This document shows, piece after piece, positions 46,896-57,506 of a stretch of 64,000 nt of DNA (position 1 is its first letter; every line of letters starts with the position of its first letter). Both the position numbers and the translations under genes were made by a program. Where the stretch lies: assembly GCA_963706955.1 (NCBI GenBank), contig CAVPOC010000006.1, positions 128,001 through 192,000 of the forward strand, written 5' to 3'. This DNA comes from an uncultured Verrucomicrobiae bacterium (lineage in GTDB: Bacteria; Verrucomicrobiota; Verrucomicrobiia; Chthoniobacterales; Terrimicrobiaceae). A model generated the notes under the pieces. It worked only from the letters and a program-made list of their open reading frames with translations, was not told the DNA's origin and did not search any database.

Positions 46896-47543
46896 ATGGA
46901 TCAACAGATACTTTTCCTGATCAATCACGATTGGGCGCATCGAGCGCTCGACCGCGTGATGGCGGTGATGTCGAGTCTGGATTTCTGGTTGCCATTCCTA
47001 ATTGCGGTGGCAGTGGTTGCCGCAATTTGGGGCGGCTTCCGCATGCGCATGATGTTGCTCACGGCGGGTTTAGCGATTGCCGTGACCGATGCGCTGGTGG
47101 TCCGAACATTAAAGGATTTGGTGGGGCGTCCGCGACCACATGAAATGCTTGCGGGCGTGCGGACGCTCGACCTCGCCCCCACGACGCCGCGTTTCCTCGC
47201 CTTGGTTAAGCCACTGAAGGAGGAATACTCCGGCGAGCGCATTCGTCCCCCGCGCGGGAATTCGTTTCCGTCGGCGCATGCAGCCAACAACTTTGCGGTG
47301 GCCACAGTCTGCGCAGTGTTTTTTCGACGATGGGGGTGGCTCCTCTTTTTACCAGCAATTCTCGTAGCCTATAGTCGTGTCTATGTGGGCTCCCATTGGC
47401 CATTCGATGTCCTAGTGTCCTGCCTCCTCGGGTTGGGGCTGGGATTGTTGGTCGTTGTCGGCGTCGAGGCGCTCTGGCGGCGATGGGGAGGGTCGTTTCT
47501 TCCACAATTGCACACCGCTTACCCAAGCCTTCTCTCTGCGTGA
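46896..47543 (+). CDS. PAP2 family membrane phosphatase
   Basis: K..VGRPRP, SFPSAH, SRVYVGSHW. Confidence 0.9.
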   Translation: MDQQILFLINHDWAHRALDRVMAVMSSLDFWLPFLIAVAVVAAIWGGFRMRMMLLTAGLAIAVTDALVVRTLKDLVGRPRPHEMLAGVRTLDLAPTTPRFLALVKPLKEEYSGERIRPPRGNSFPSAHAANNFAVATVCAVFFRRWGWLLFLPAILVAYSRVYVGSHWPFDVLVSCLLGLGLGLLVVVGVEALWRRWGGSFLPQLHTAYPSLLSA

Positions 47544-49036
47544 GCGCGCCGCGAACGCTTCTTGTCTTCGCCCTGCTAGCGACTATTGCGCGCTTGGGGT
47601 TTGTGTGGTTGACGGAGCCGTCGCCAGCGGATGCCTACTACTATCTCTGCTCACAGCGACTTGCTCCGGCATATTTCGACGGGCCGGCCGGCACAGCATT
47701 GCTGACTGAACTCGCGAGTGTCTACGGGAAGTCCGACGTGATCTGGCGAATGACTGCTCCGCTCTGGAGCCTTATCGCGACGTGTGCCTGCTTCGGTTTC
47801 GTTCGACAACTTTCTGACGCACGCCGAGGAGCGTATGTGGCTCTCGTCTTGAATGTGGTTCCCATCTTCAATTCCGCCGCGTTGCGCCTCGGCCCCGAGC
47901 TTCCGACTCTGACGTTTGTCACCCTCGGCATGCTGGCTGCGTGGAGGGCATCCGGCGCCGAGGCAGGCAAGCTCGTCTGGTGGGTCGGATCTGGTCTATT
48001 CTTCGGTCTGGCGACCTGCTTTGCGTATGCCGCGGTCGCGATCGTGCCCGGAGTCGTGACGTTCGCCATGTCCTCTGCCAAACGGCGGCGCTCCGTGGAT
48101 TTCTACGGGATGTGGGCACTGCTCGGAATACCTGCGCTATGCCTCGCGCCAGCCCTCGTCTGGAACGCGAGCAATGACTGGATTCCCATCGCCGGCGGAA
48201 CATTTCGAACGCTGTGGGAATTCGATTTGAAGCGTTTGGGACCTGCTCTCTCAGCCTTGTTGGTGGCATTTTCTCCACTCTTGTTTGCAGCGATGATCCT
48301 CGGCTGGTTTCACGCTCTCGTTGAGTCGCGAACAGGCCATGTCCGCTCGCGGTTTGCCTTCTGGAGCGCCGCGCCTTCTGTTCTTATCGGGGCTTATTTC
48401 CTGCTCCGCGGAAGTCCAGCCACTGTCTACTTTCTTCTCGTCGCGCCTTTGCTCCTGTTCAAGGCAACGGATTTGTTCGCCTCGGAAGGGCGCTTGTTTG
48501 TCATTCTGCGATGGGCAGCGGTCATCGTTGCGGTTGCCTTTTCTGGGTTGGCCATTTATGCGAGCTGGCAAGAGGGACGTGGCTGGCGGGCGGCGGCCTT
48601 GGAGATGGGTCGCGCTTTTCTCGAAAAGTCCAGACAAGGCCAGGATGACTTGTTCCTTATCGCTGAGGACGAGAAACTGGCCTCGGTGCTTGGATACCAT
48701 CTCAGGGATGCTCTGGTAGCGCCGGCCGGACATCCCACCGTCTACGTCCGAGAATCGCAAGATGTCTCCAACCAATTTGCCCTGTGGCCCACTTATGGCG
48801 ATTTCACGGAGACCGACCGGGTTGTTGATGAATATTTTACCGAACAGCAAGCCGAGAATCCCTTCCTGGGTCGCAGCGCTCTCTACATTACCCACGAACG
48901 AGATGCCGATCTCCCGCAATCGATACGAGGTGCCTTTGATTCGGTGGTCCTCTTCCGCGAAATCCCGGGAACCGCAGCCGATATTCGACCACTTTACATT
49001 TATCTCTGCCTTGTTTACCAAACCTTGCCTTTGTGA
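47540..49036 (+). CDS. ArnT/PMT-like (GT-C fold) membrane glycosyltransferase
   Basis: DAYY...YFDGP, many TM helices, P.LVWN; GTGA overlap with the PAP2 gene. Confidence 0.75.
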   Translation: MSAPRTLLVFALLATIARLGFVWLTEPSPADAYYYLCSQRLAPAYFDGPAGTALLTELASVYGKSDVIWRMTAPLWSLIATCACFGFVRQLSDARRGAYVALVLNVVPIFNSAALRLGPELPTLTFVTLGMLAAWRASGAEAGKLVWWVGSGLFFGLATCFAYAAVAIVPGVVTFAMSSAKRRRSVDFYGMWALLGIPALCLAPALVWNASNDWIPIAGGTFRTLWEFDLKRLGPALSALLVAFSPLLFAAMILGWFHALVESRTGHVRSRFAFWSAAPSVLIGAYFLLRGSPATVYFLLVAPLLLFKATDLFASEGRLFVILRWAAVIVAVAFSGLAIYASWQEGRGWRAAALEMGRAFLEKSRQGQDDLFLIAEDEKLASVLGYHLRDALVAPAGHPTVYVRESQDVSNQFALWPTYGDFTETDRVVDEYFTEQQAENPFLGRSALYITHERDADLPQSIRGAFDSVVLFREIPGTAADIRPLYIYLCLVYQTLPL

Positions 49037-49770
49037 ACTCTCCGACCCTTTCCATCGTCGTCCCTCTTTTCAATGAGGCCGACAATGTCAGCCTTCTTCA
49101 GCAGGAGATCTCTGCTGCCCTCGGAGATCGCAGCTACGAATTGATTCTTGTGGACGACGGCTCGACCGATGGCACGGCCGCGCGCATCCAGCGAAGTCCC
49201 AATGTCCGGGTGTTACAATTTAAAAGGAACAGTGGTCAAAGCGCGGCGATGCTGGCGGGAATGCGTGCCGCCCGAGGCGCGTCTGTTGTCTTGCTGGATG
49301 GCGATTTACAGAATGACGCGCGAGACATACCCAGCTTGCTCTTAGAAATTGAACGCGGTGCCGACCTGGTTTGCGGCTATCGGTTAAAGCGCAAAGATAC
49401 GTTGGTCAAGAAACTGACCAGTCGCATCGCGAATGCTGTGCGGAGTCGATTCGTCGGCGATGGGGTTCGAGACACAGGTTGTACGTTGAAGGCGATGCGC
49501 CGCGTGTGCGTGGATAGTTTAGTGCCCTTCAAAGGCGTGCATCGATTCATTCCCGCGTTCGTGAAGAACGCCGGGTTCAAGGTCGTGGAAGTTCCCGTCA
49601 ATCATCGGCCGCGCCAATTTGGCGTCAGCAAGTATGGTTTGGGCAATCGCGCAGTCCGCGCGACGCTAGATATGTTTGGGGTACGCTGGCTGCAATCGCG
49701 CACGCTGAACCTGGCGGTGGACGAAGTAAATAAAACGACCGAGAAGGAACCATTACAAGCTGCCCCGTAG
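49033..49770 (+). CDS. family 2 glycosyltransferase (polyprenol-phosphate glycosyltransferase, ArnC/DPM1-like)
   Basis: VPLFNE, DDGSTD, NSGQSAA, DGDLQND, DTGC, HRFIP. Confidence 0.9.
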   Translation: MNSPTLSIVVPLFNEADNVSLLQQEISAALGDRSYELILVDDGSTDGTAARIQRSPNVRVLQFKRNSGQSAAMLAGMRAARGASVVLLDGDLQNDARDIPSLLLEIERGADLVCGYRLKRKDTLVKKLTSRIANAVRSRFVGDGVRDTGCTLKAMRRVCVDSLVPFKGVHRFIPAFVKNAGFKVVEVPVNHRPRQFGVSKYGLGNRAVRATLDMFGVRWLQSRTLNLAVDEVNKTTEKEPLQAAP

Positions 49771-50946
49771 TCCGCGGACGCTATTATCCGGCGCACGGTC
49801 CCAAAAATAGCGCTTGAGAAGCACCTTAACTGTGGCGGTGAGAGGCACCGCTAGGAGGGCGCCGAGGAGACCTCCGAGGATCAAGCTCCAGCCAAGCACC
49901 GAAATAATGACGGTGAGCGGATGCAGGCCGACAGAATCGCCAACGATCTTGGGCGCAATGACCATCCCATCGATATTGTTAGTGGCCAGAAAGATGATTG
50001 TGACCAGCACAGGATGCCACCAATCCCCGAACTGCGCAGCTGCGATGATCACTGCGGGAATCCAGCAAATCATCATGCCGAGGTAGGGAATCAGCCCGAG
50101 CAGTCCAACCATCAGGCCGATCAGCAATGAGAACTCGAGCCGGACAAAGATGAGAAGGGAAAGGCCGATCAGCAAGCCATCGATCAAGCTGACGAGCAGT
50201 TGACCGCGAAAAAAGTTGATCAGGTAGTTATTGATTTCGTTGAGCAGGGAAACGATCTCGCTCTTGAGAGGGGATGCTCGCAGAGGAAGATACTTACTCC
50301 AATTCTGGGAAATTGAGTGGCCTTCCTTCAGAAAGAAAAATAAAAAAATCGGAACCAAGATAAGGCTGAGCAGGAAGCCGAAGACGCCCAGAAATCCTCC
50401 CAGGCTCCGCTGCAGGAACTTGCCTGTTGCCACCGCGATATCGGGAAGTTTTGTTTGCAGCCAGCCAATGCCCTCACCGATGGCCGCGGCTAAGTAACCC
50501 TTAAAGGGCGCGCTCGCGACCTGATTCTCAGGTTTTTGAAAGATCGGCAGCTCGGCCAGACGTTTTACGTTTTCGACGGTTTGGTCAATCAGCGCCTGGG
50601 CGCGCTCGATATATTCGGGCATACGCGTGGCAAGTTGCTGCCCTTGATTTCCTACCGCCGGAATGATGTAGATGAGAATGCCCGCGACCATCGCGATCGA
50701 CACGCTAAAGACCGCGATCACAGACATCGTGCGCGAGAGGCGGCGCCTCTCCAGCCATGCCACCACCGGGTCCAGCAGGTAGGCAAGAATTGCCGCAATC
50801 GCAATGGGAACCAAAATCGGTTGGAGGTACCACATGGCATTAAAGATGAGCCATCCCAACAGTGTCACGACGGCGCCAATTGCCACGAATGAGAGCGCTG
50901 TAACCGCCGACCAGAACATCTTCTTCTGGAAAGGCGTAGGTGACAT
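49753..50946 (-). CDS. AI-2E family transporter
   Basis: AYLLDP, RGQL, IPYLG, PKIVGDSVGLHP, LAVP; ATG at 50946. Confidence 0.9.
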   Translation of the reverse strand: MSPTPFQKKMFWSAVTALSFVAIGAVVTLLGWLIFNAMWYLQPILVPIAIAAILAYLLDPVVAWLERRRLSRTMSVIAVFSVSIAMVAGILIYIIPAVGNQGQQLATRMPEYIERAQALIDQTVENVKRLAELPIFQKPENQVASAPFKGYLAAAIGEGIGWLQTKLPDIAVATGKFLQRSLGGFLGVFGFLLSLILVPIFLFFFLKEGHSISQNWSKYLPLRASPLKSEIVSLLNEINNYLINFFRGQLLVSLIDGLLIGLSLLIFVRLEFSLLIGLMVGLLGLIPYLGMMICWIPAVIIAAAQFGDWWHPVLVTIIFLATNNIDGMVIAPKIVGDSVGLHPLTVIISVLGWSLILGGLLGALLAVPLTATVKVLLKRYFWDRAPDNSVRGLRGSL

Positions 50947-51096
50947 AGAAGGGCAATTAGCCGAAGAAAGGGTGGGAATCCAAGACAAAGCGCCCCGTGG
51001 TGCCGAAGAATGGGTTGCGTATATTCGCGGTGCATCCACACCTGGTTTGGGTAACTTCCGTGGGTTGATCCTTTTCCGCGCTATGACCACCACTAG

Positions 51097-52188
51097 ATGA
51101 AGAGCCTCTTGCGATTCCTTCTTTTTGTTCTGATCTCTGCGGCTGCGGTCGGCAGTGTCTACATCTGGAAGCAGACACGGCCCAACGGTCTTGGCGAAGC
51201 CGACGACCAAATGACAGCCCACAGTTCGCTGCTCTCAAGGCTCGATCGGGAGTTCACCGCCCTGGTCAGCCGGGTCTTGCCTGCAGTTGTGAGCATTGAG
51301 GCCATTCCCGCCGCCAGCGTAGATCCACGCGTCCAGATGCTGCGCTTTCTCTTCGGTGGAGACCAACCGAACCTTCGTCCGAGCGGCTCCGGAGTCATTG
51401 TCTCAGAGAACGGCCATATCGTAACGAATCTTCACGTGGTCAACAACGCCCGCGCTGTTCAAGTGCAGCTGGCGGACGGCCGCACTCTACCGGCGAAGTT
51501 TGTCGGGGCAGATAGTCCCTCTGACATCGCCCTACTCAAGATTGAGGCGGAAGGACTGCAAGCGATGCCTTTTGGCGACTCGGACAAGGTAAACGTGGGG
51601 CAAATGGTTTTTGCCGTCGGCAATCCCCTGGGGCTGCAAGAGACCGTGACTCAAGGCATCGTCAGCGCCAAGGGTCGCCGCGCGTTGAGCGAGGCGGCCA
51701 ACGAGTTCTTTCAAACAGACGCGGCGATAAACCCGGGCAACTCAGGGGGACCTTTGGTAAATCTTGACGGCGAGATGATCGGGATCAACAATTCGATCTC
51801 ACCGCAAGGCCAGGGGATTGGCTTTGCCATTCCCTCCAATACCGTCAGGCGTGTTTTTGAAAGCATCCGCGATTTTGGGCGGTTTATCCGACCGTGGTTC
51901 GGCGCTTACATGCGCTCCTTGACACCGCAGCTCGCGCAGCAACTCGGGTTGCCAGACGCCTCCGGAGTCTTGATATTGCTCGTCTATGAGGGGTCTCCCG
52001 CGGAGAAGGGCGGAGTAAACCCCGGCGATGTCATTATCGAGTTTAATGGGAAAACCATTCGCGATCTCATCGATCTACGAAACCGAGTTGCCGAGACCGA
52101 TATTGGACAGGAAATTGCCATGCGCGTGAGGCGCGCGGGCAAGGAACTGATGCTGCGCACCGTGGTCGCCGCCGAGCCGACGAGATGA
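51097..52188 (+). CDS. HtrA/DegQ family serine protease with one PDZ domain
   Basis: GSGVIV, TNLHV, DIAL, TDAAINPGNSGG, C-terminal PDZ. Confidence 0.92.
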   Translation: MKSLLRFLLFVLISAAAVGSVYIWKQTRPNGLGEADDQMTAHSSLLSRLDREFTALVSRVLPAVVSIEAIPAASVDPRVQMLRFLFGGDQPNLRPSGSGVIVSENGHIVTNLHVVNNARAVQVQLADGRTLPAKFVGADSPSDIALLKIEAEGLQAMPFGDSDKVNVGQMVFAVGNPLGLQETVTQGIVSAKGRRALSEAANEFFQTDAAINPGNSGGPLVNLDGEMIGINNSISPQGQGIGFAIPSNTVRRVFESIRDFGRFIRPWFGAYMRSLTPQLAQQLGLPDASGVLILLVYEGSPAEKGGVNPGDVIIEFNGKTIRDLIDLRNRVAETDIGQEIAMRVRRAGKELMLRTVVAAEPTR

Positions 52189-52234
52189 CGTATCGCCCTT
52201 TATTTTTCGACAGATTTCTTTAGGCTTAGCATTC

Positions 52235-53270
52235 GTGTCCAGCTCGACAAACACCAATACGCCAATTCCCAGGCAGCCGATCGGTGCGACGTTCATTGTC
52301 GCAATCGGCGTGCTCGGGGCGGTGGCGATCATTCAATTTGTCGCCGTGGCGTGGCACTATATTCCGCTCCTGCGTCAGCAGGCGACACAGCCGGCCGGAG
52401 CGCAGCCTCTCGCTCAGAGCGCTGCTGTCGCCGCCGCGCAGCCTACTCCGCAGTCTACGCCGACTCCATCAGCCGAAATGCACAAAGCGCAGAAGCTAAT
52501 AGCTGAGGCAGATCGGAGCTTACGGGTGGGGGACTTTGAAAATGGCTTAAAGGTGCTAGATGAATTAGGCAAACTGATGCCTGGCGACCCAACGGTGCTG
52601 TTGCGCAAAGCACAGGTCTTGGAGCGTCTCGATCAACCCGCGGAAGCGGTGCTGCTGCTTGAGGAAGCCTTGAAGTATCCGGGGTCTTCCGCAGGAAGTG
52701 CGAGCCCAGACACAGGCTAAGATCGACCAACTCTCCCAGACGCTGGCTGCCCGACCGGGCACAAGCCCGGCCCCCGAGGTGGCCCCTGCTCTACCTGAGG
52801 GGGGAGGAGCAGATATTCGCGACGACATTGGTCTGCAGCCCGGCGCCAGTCTCGGCATTGTTGATGCGCGTCTTCGAGAGGGCAAACCCGGCACCAAATC
52901 CTTGATGCTCGCGGTGAAGTCTGGCCCCGGCTCCTCTATCAATGTGCAGGATGTCAAGATTCACGTGTATTTCTACGAGCAGACGGAAGACGGAGAGGTG
53001 GCGCTGACCGAATCGAAGGTCGTTCCGCAATGGCTAAGCCCGCCAGTCGACTGGAGTTCCAACGAACCTGAATTACTTGAGGTGCAATACACCCTGCCTG
53101 ACAGTGGCCTGCCCGGCAGCGCGGTCGAGAACGGAGCGACCGGGAGAAAATTCTTCGGGTACATTATGGGGGTATATTACAATAACGAATTGCAGGACTT
53201 CCGTGCCGATCCTGCCAGCATTGCCAAGGACTTTCCGCTTCAGTTGTATCTCAAGGAAAGCGGGGAATGA
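52235..53270 (+). CDS. membrane-anchored TPR-containing protein (frameshift in a G run near 52683)
   Basis: TM helix, Pro/Ala linker, TPR-like helices; removing one G gives KYPGLPQEVRAQ and joins the two ORFs. Confidence 0.7.
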
Positions 53271-55503
53271 AGATCTTAATCGTCGATGACGAGCCTGGCC
53301 TCGCTGTCGGTCTGGCAGCGTGGCTGGAGGAAAGCGGTTGGGGCACACTTGGCGTGGCCACGACCAGTGACGAGGCGGTGGAATGGATCAACCGCAACGG
53401 GAATGTCGATGTCCTGGTTTGCGATGTCGTGCTCAAGCCTCTCGACGGATTTACGCTCCGCGAGAGCATTCAGCCGCATCTGCCGAAGATGCAGACTATT
53501 TTCATCTCCGGGTATGATCTTTCGGAGCACGCCGCGCGCATGCACGGATGTCACTTCCTTCCGAAGCCGGTTAGTGGCGAGTCGCTCGACGACGCGCTTC
53601 GGAGTCTGTTTAAGTCTCAGGGGGAGCCGACCCTGGTTCAGCCGGCACCTATCGTCCGCGTGGTCTCGGGATCCGCTCCTGCGCGTCTGGTCAGGGCAAC
53701 TCCAAGGCCGGATGCCGTGGCGACCGCAAACGGAGCTGGCGCTAACGCTGGCAAGTCAGTGCAGGCGCTGGGCGACCGTCGAGTCGAGCGAAACTCCTCG
53801 GGCCGGAGTCGCAAAGGGCTTCTATCCCATCGCTAAGAAACCGGTTCAGATGCGCGAGAAGCAAGTGCTTCCAGCCGACGACCTGGTAGGCGTCGATATC
53901 GGAAACTATCATCTCGAGGCAAGGCTCGAAGAAGGAGAATACGGTCCAATCTATCAGGCCATTCAAAAGAATATGGGACGCAAGGTTCGTCTCTATACGC
54001 TGGACAGGAAGTCAGCCCAACGAGAGTTCAGAAATCGAGCGTTTCATGGCGAACGCGAGCGCAAAAGCAAACGTTCAACACCCTTATGTCGCCGCTGTCT
54101 ATGAGGCCGGTGAAGATAGCGGCGTATACTTTTACTCCGGCGAATTCGTTCCGGGTCGTTCTTTGCAGGCGGTTCGTGAAGCTGGTGATTTCCTGGACGA
54201 GGGAACGGCCCTTCAAGTGATCAGAGTTGCCAGCGAGACGTTGGCTTACTTTTCTCGCGAGAGCATTGGCCACACCGCTCTTTCGCCAAGTTGCCTGCTT
54301 ATATCTCCGAACGGTCGAGTTCGACTGGCAAACATTGCCACGCATAAAGTCGATGCGACGTCTGCGAGAGCGGAGGAAATGCGCGACTTGGGACGAATCG
54401 TCGCTGGCGTGCTTTCGGGATCGCCGCAGAAACTTGGTGTGCGGCGTTTGGCCAACTCTTTGGCGTCCGGGGAAACTGCCTACGCGGATTGGAACGGCTT
54501 GTTGCAGCAAATCGCCTTGATGGAACCGGCAGCCACTCCCGAAGATGCTTACAAACTTGACGCTCAGGAGCGAACAGCCACTCGTGTCATTCAGGCGGCG
54601 AAAAATCGGCAGCGAAGAAGCATGATCGCGAGTTCCGCGGTCTCACTCTGTTTGCTGGGTCTGGCACTCGGCTTTCTCTGGTGGTTTCTTTTTCGGCCCA
54701 AGGGCGGTGATCTTCGCATCTCCAATCGGATGATCCAAATTCCGGCTGGCGACTTCATTTATCAGAATGGTGAAAAGCTTAGCCTGCCCACGTTTTACAT
54801 CGATGAGTTCGAGGTGACAATTGGACAATACGCTGAGTTTCTTAAGTTCCTTGAGCAGCATCCGGAAGCAGCAGCGAAGTTCGAACACCCCGATCAGCCA
54901 AAAGGCAAGTGGCATCTGCCGGTCGAATGGGCCGACGAAACTCTGGCGACTGGACCGATGCCAGGTTATTACACCAGAGCTAAGCAATGGGGCAGATTTC
55001 GTGATGCTGCCCTCGACGTAAATTGCCCGGTCTTTGGGGTCGATTGGTTCGATGCCTATGCTTACGCTAAGTGGAAGGGCCGGAGGCTGCCCACCGAGCA
55101 GGAATGGGAAAAAGCCGCCCGCGGAACGAAAGGGTTTAAGTATCCATGGGGGAGTGAAGCCGACCTAACCAAGTCAAACAATGGAAACGATCTGGATCCA
55201 AATCCCCAGCGGGGTGGGGAAAAGGACGGTTACAAGAGGTGGTCGCCGGTCGATGCCAAAATGGAGGACAAAAGTCCGCTCGGGGTTGTCGGACTTGCGG
55301 GAAATGTTTCTGAATGGACAGCTTCGTCCGGTGAGGATCCCCGGATGCAAGGAAACAAGATACCCGTCATCCGTGGCGGAAATTGGAAGAACCCGGACTA
55401 TAGCATCACGCGCCGCGTTCTCCTGCTGACGAGCTTGCAAGCTGACGATGCGCTGGGTTTCAGGACAGCGTCCGATTCCCCGCCAGAGCGGACCGCGAAA
55501 TGA
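53267..55503 (+). CDS. receiver domain + degenerate Ser/Thr kinase + TM + FGE-sulfatase (SUMF1-like) domain protein (frameshifts near 53770 and 54020)
   Basis: REC ILIVDD/CD/SG/KP; kinase-like GNYHL..LEEGEYG..QHPYVAAVYEAGE; FGE-like EVT..Y, RLPTEQEWEKAARG, GNVSEW, RGG, GFR. Confidence 0.78.
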
Positions 55504-56540
55504 GGAGAGCTGTCCGCGAGAGATCCGCGCCTACCCTTGCCGGACTTGCCTCAGGCGAGTCTGAAAGAATCGAGAAACTCACCCGGAGCGCGCACCTCCT
55601 CGGTGGTCACACGACTTGGCAAGGCCTTGGCTTAGGGTTGTTGCTTGGCCTCGTGCTGCTGGTCCCCGCCACCGCCCAGGTGCAGGTGGACGTCGCCTTG
55701 AAGCGGTCTCTCTACATGGTTTACGAACCGCTGATCTGCAACGTGACGATTACAAATCTAAGTGGAGGCACTCTGACCCTGGCAGACGCTCCTCGTGAGA
55801 AATGGTTTGGGTTTCAAATCGAAACCGTGGATGGCCGGCCTTTGCCGCCGATCAATCCTCAATATCAAAATCAAACGGTCGAAATCGAAGCAGGTCAGAG
55901 GCTCGTGCGGTCCATAAACATTACTCCGCTCTATCCGCTGAGTGAATTTGGCACCTACCGTGTCCGGGCGGTAGTTTATGTATCGCAACTCGGCAAGTAT
56001 TTCGTTTCACCTCAGCTGAACATCGAGATAACCGAAGGGCGCCAGCTGTGGCAGCAGACGGTCGGAGTGCCGGAAGGGCTCGGCCAAGGAAGAGCGCGAA
56101 CATTTACAATCCTGGCGCATCGTCTGCCGCGGACGACAATGCTCTACCTGCGGGTCGAAGACAAGGAGGCAGGAGTCATCTATTGCACGACGCAGGTTGG
56201 ACGTTTCATAACTTTCGCCAGTCCTGACATTGAATTAGATGGCGGAAACCAAATCCACATCCTCCAGAACACCGCTCCAAAGGCATTTTTGTATTCCCAC
56301 TTCGACGTGAATGGAAAGGTGCTCAAACAACAGGCTTACCAGGCTTATGATGCCAGACCTTATCTCGTTAGGAAACCGGATGCTTCGGTAGCAGTGGTCG
56401 GAGGAGTTCCCTATGATCCGAAGGCGCCGCCGCCGGAACAGCAGTTGCCTAAACTCAGTGACCGGCCGATTCCGTTGCCGACACCACAGGTCAAGGCGAA
56501 ACCGGAGGATAAGAGGCCAGAAAATCTACTTTCGCGCTGA
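55500..56540 (+). CDS. exported hypothetical protein
   Basis: Signal-peptide-like LLLGLVLLVPATA, beta-rich body; ATGA overlap with the upstream gene; real start may be later. Confidence 0.7.
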   Translation: MRRAVRERSAPTLAGLASGESERIEKLTRSAHLLGGHTTWQGLGLGLLLGLVLLVPATAQVQVDVALKRSLYMVYEPLICNVTITNLSGGTLTLADAPREKWFGFQIETVDGRPLPPINPQYQNQTVEIEAGQRLVRSINITPLYPLSEFGTYRVRAVVYVSQLGKYFVSPQLNIEITEGRQLWQQTVGVPEGLGQGRARTFTILAHRLPRTTMLYLRVEDKEAGVIYCTTQVGRFITFASPDIELDGGNQIHILQNTAPKAFLYSHFDVNGKVLKQQAYQAYDARPYLVRKPDASVAVVGGVPYDPKAPPPEQQLPKLSDRPIPLPTPQVKAKPEDKRPENLLSR

Positions 56541-57480
56541 GTTCGGGAACCAGGTAGCGATCAGGATTCTTGATCTGCACCTTGATTTGGAGCGTTCCCT
56601 TCTGCCGATTCGCTTCGGGAGCTATTTCGGCGACATAGCCATCATAAACATGCGATGGGTACGCTTCCGGTGCAACGCGGCAGGGTTGACCCAGCCATAC
56701 TTTCGAAAGATCGCTCTCGTTGAGATCGATCTCGACTTGAAGATCTTGCGGATCGGCAACGGCTAGCAGGGCGGTGCTGGGCCCCTTGTCGCCTCCAAAG
56801 CTTTGGGGAGAGACAAGCTCGTTTTCGTCAGCGAGTTTCTCAAGAACCACCCCGTCGATCGGAGAGCGAATAACAGTCCAAGCCAATTGCCAGCGAGCGA
56901 AGTCCAGCAAGCCTTGGGCCTCACGGAGTCCAGCGTCAGCGCCGGTGAGTTCAGCCTGGGCGTCGTCGAGTTGCTGCGCGGATTCGACGCGTTGCTCACG
57001 CAGAGTTTTGAGGCGATTGAAGCGTGTCCTGGCAATTTGGAGGGCCGCTTGAGCACGGGCGATTCGACCTTCGGCTTCGGTGACGCGGGCGCGCTGCTCG
57101 GAATCATCAAGTAGGACGACGACTTGGCCCTTTTTGACGGGATCGCCTTTCTTCGCCCCAATCCAGCGAACAATGCCCACGAAACGTGGGCTCAATTCGA
57201 TTCGCTCGCGGTTTATGATGTAACCGCTAGTCGTCAACAGGATGCCCGTTTGATCCGGTGGGGAAGGCGAGGCGACCGGGCTCGGAGCCGAGGAGGAGTC
57301 GGCCTGGGACGGTTGAGTCTGCGAGACCAGGCGCTTGGAATCGGAAACACGCGGCCAGGCAAACCAGGCTGCCGCTACCAAGATGAACGCGATCGCCAAA
57401 AAGATAAGTATCGCATGGGAGCCTCTTGAAGAACGCTGCTCCCGAGGGATGCGAAGTTTCTCAAGATCGTCGCGTTTCAT
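56491..57480 (-). CDS. efflux periplasmic adaptor subunit (HlyD/MacA-like)
   Basis: N-terminal TM, KKGDPVKKGQ, coiled coil, IRSPIDG. Confidence 0.9.
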   Translation of the reverse strand: MKRDDLEKLRIPREQRSSRGSHAILIFLAIAFILVAAAWFAWPRVSDSKRLVSQTQPSQADSSSAPSPVASPSPPDQTGILLTTSGYIINRERIELSPRFVGIVRWIGAKKGDPVKKGQVVVLLDDSEQRARVTEAEGRIARAQAALQIARTRFNRLKTLREQRVESAQQLDDAQAELTGADAGLREAQGLLDFARWQLAWTVIRSPIDGVVLEKLADENELVSPQSFGGDKGPSTALLAVADPQDLQVEIDLNESDLSKVWLGQPCRVAPEAYPSHVYDGYVAEIAPEANRQKGTLQIKVQIKNPDRYLVPELSAKVDFLASYPPVSP

Positions 57481-57506
57481 GCCTTAGACACAATCCGATA
57501 TTTGCG

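Noticed and set aside
52670..54040. Programmed frameshifting or phase variation in the TPR and REC-kinase genes
   Set aside because: The runs are only 3-4 nt, no slippery heptamer is seen and the same +1 pattern occurs across the window.
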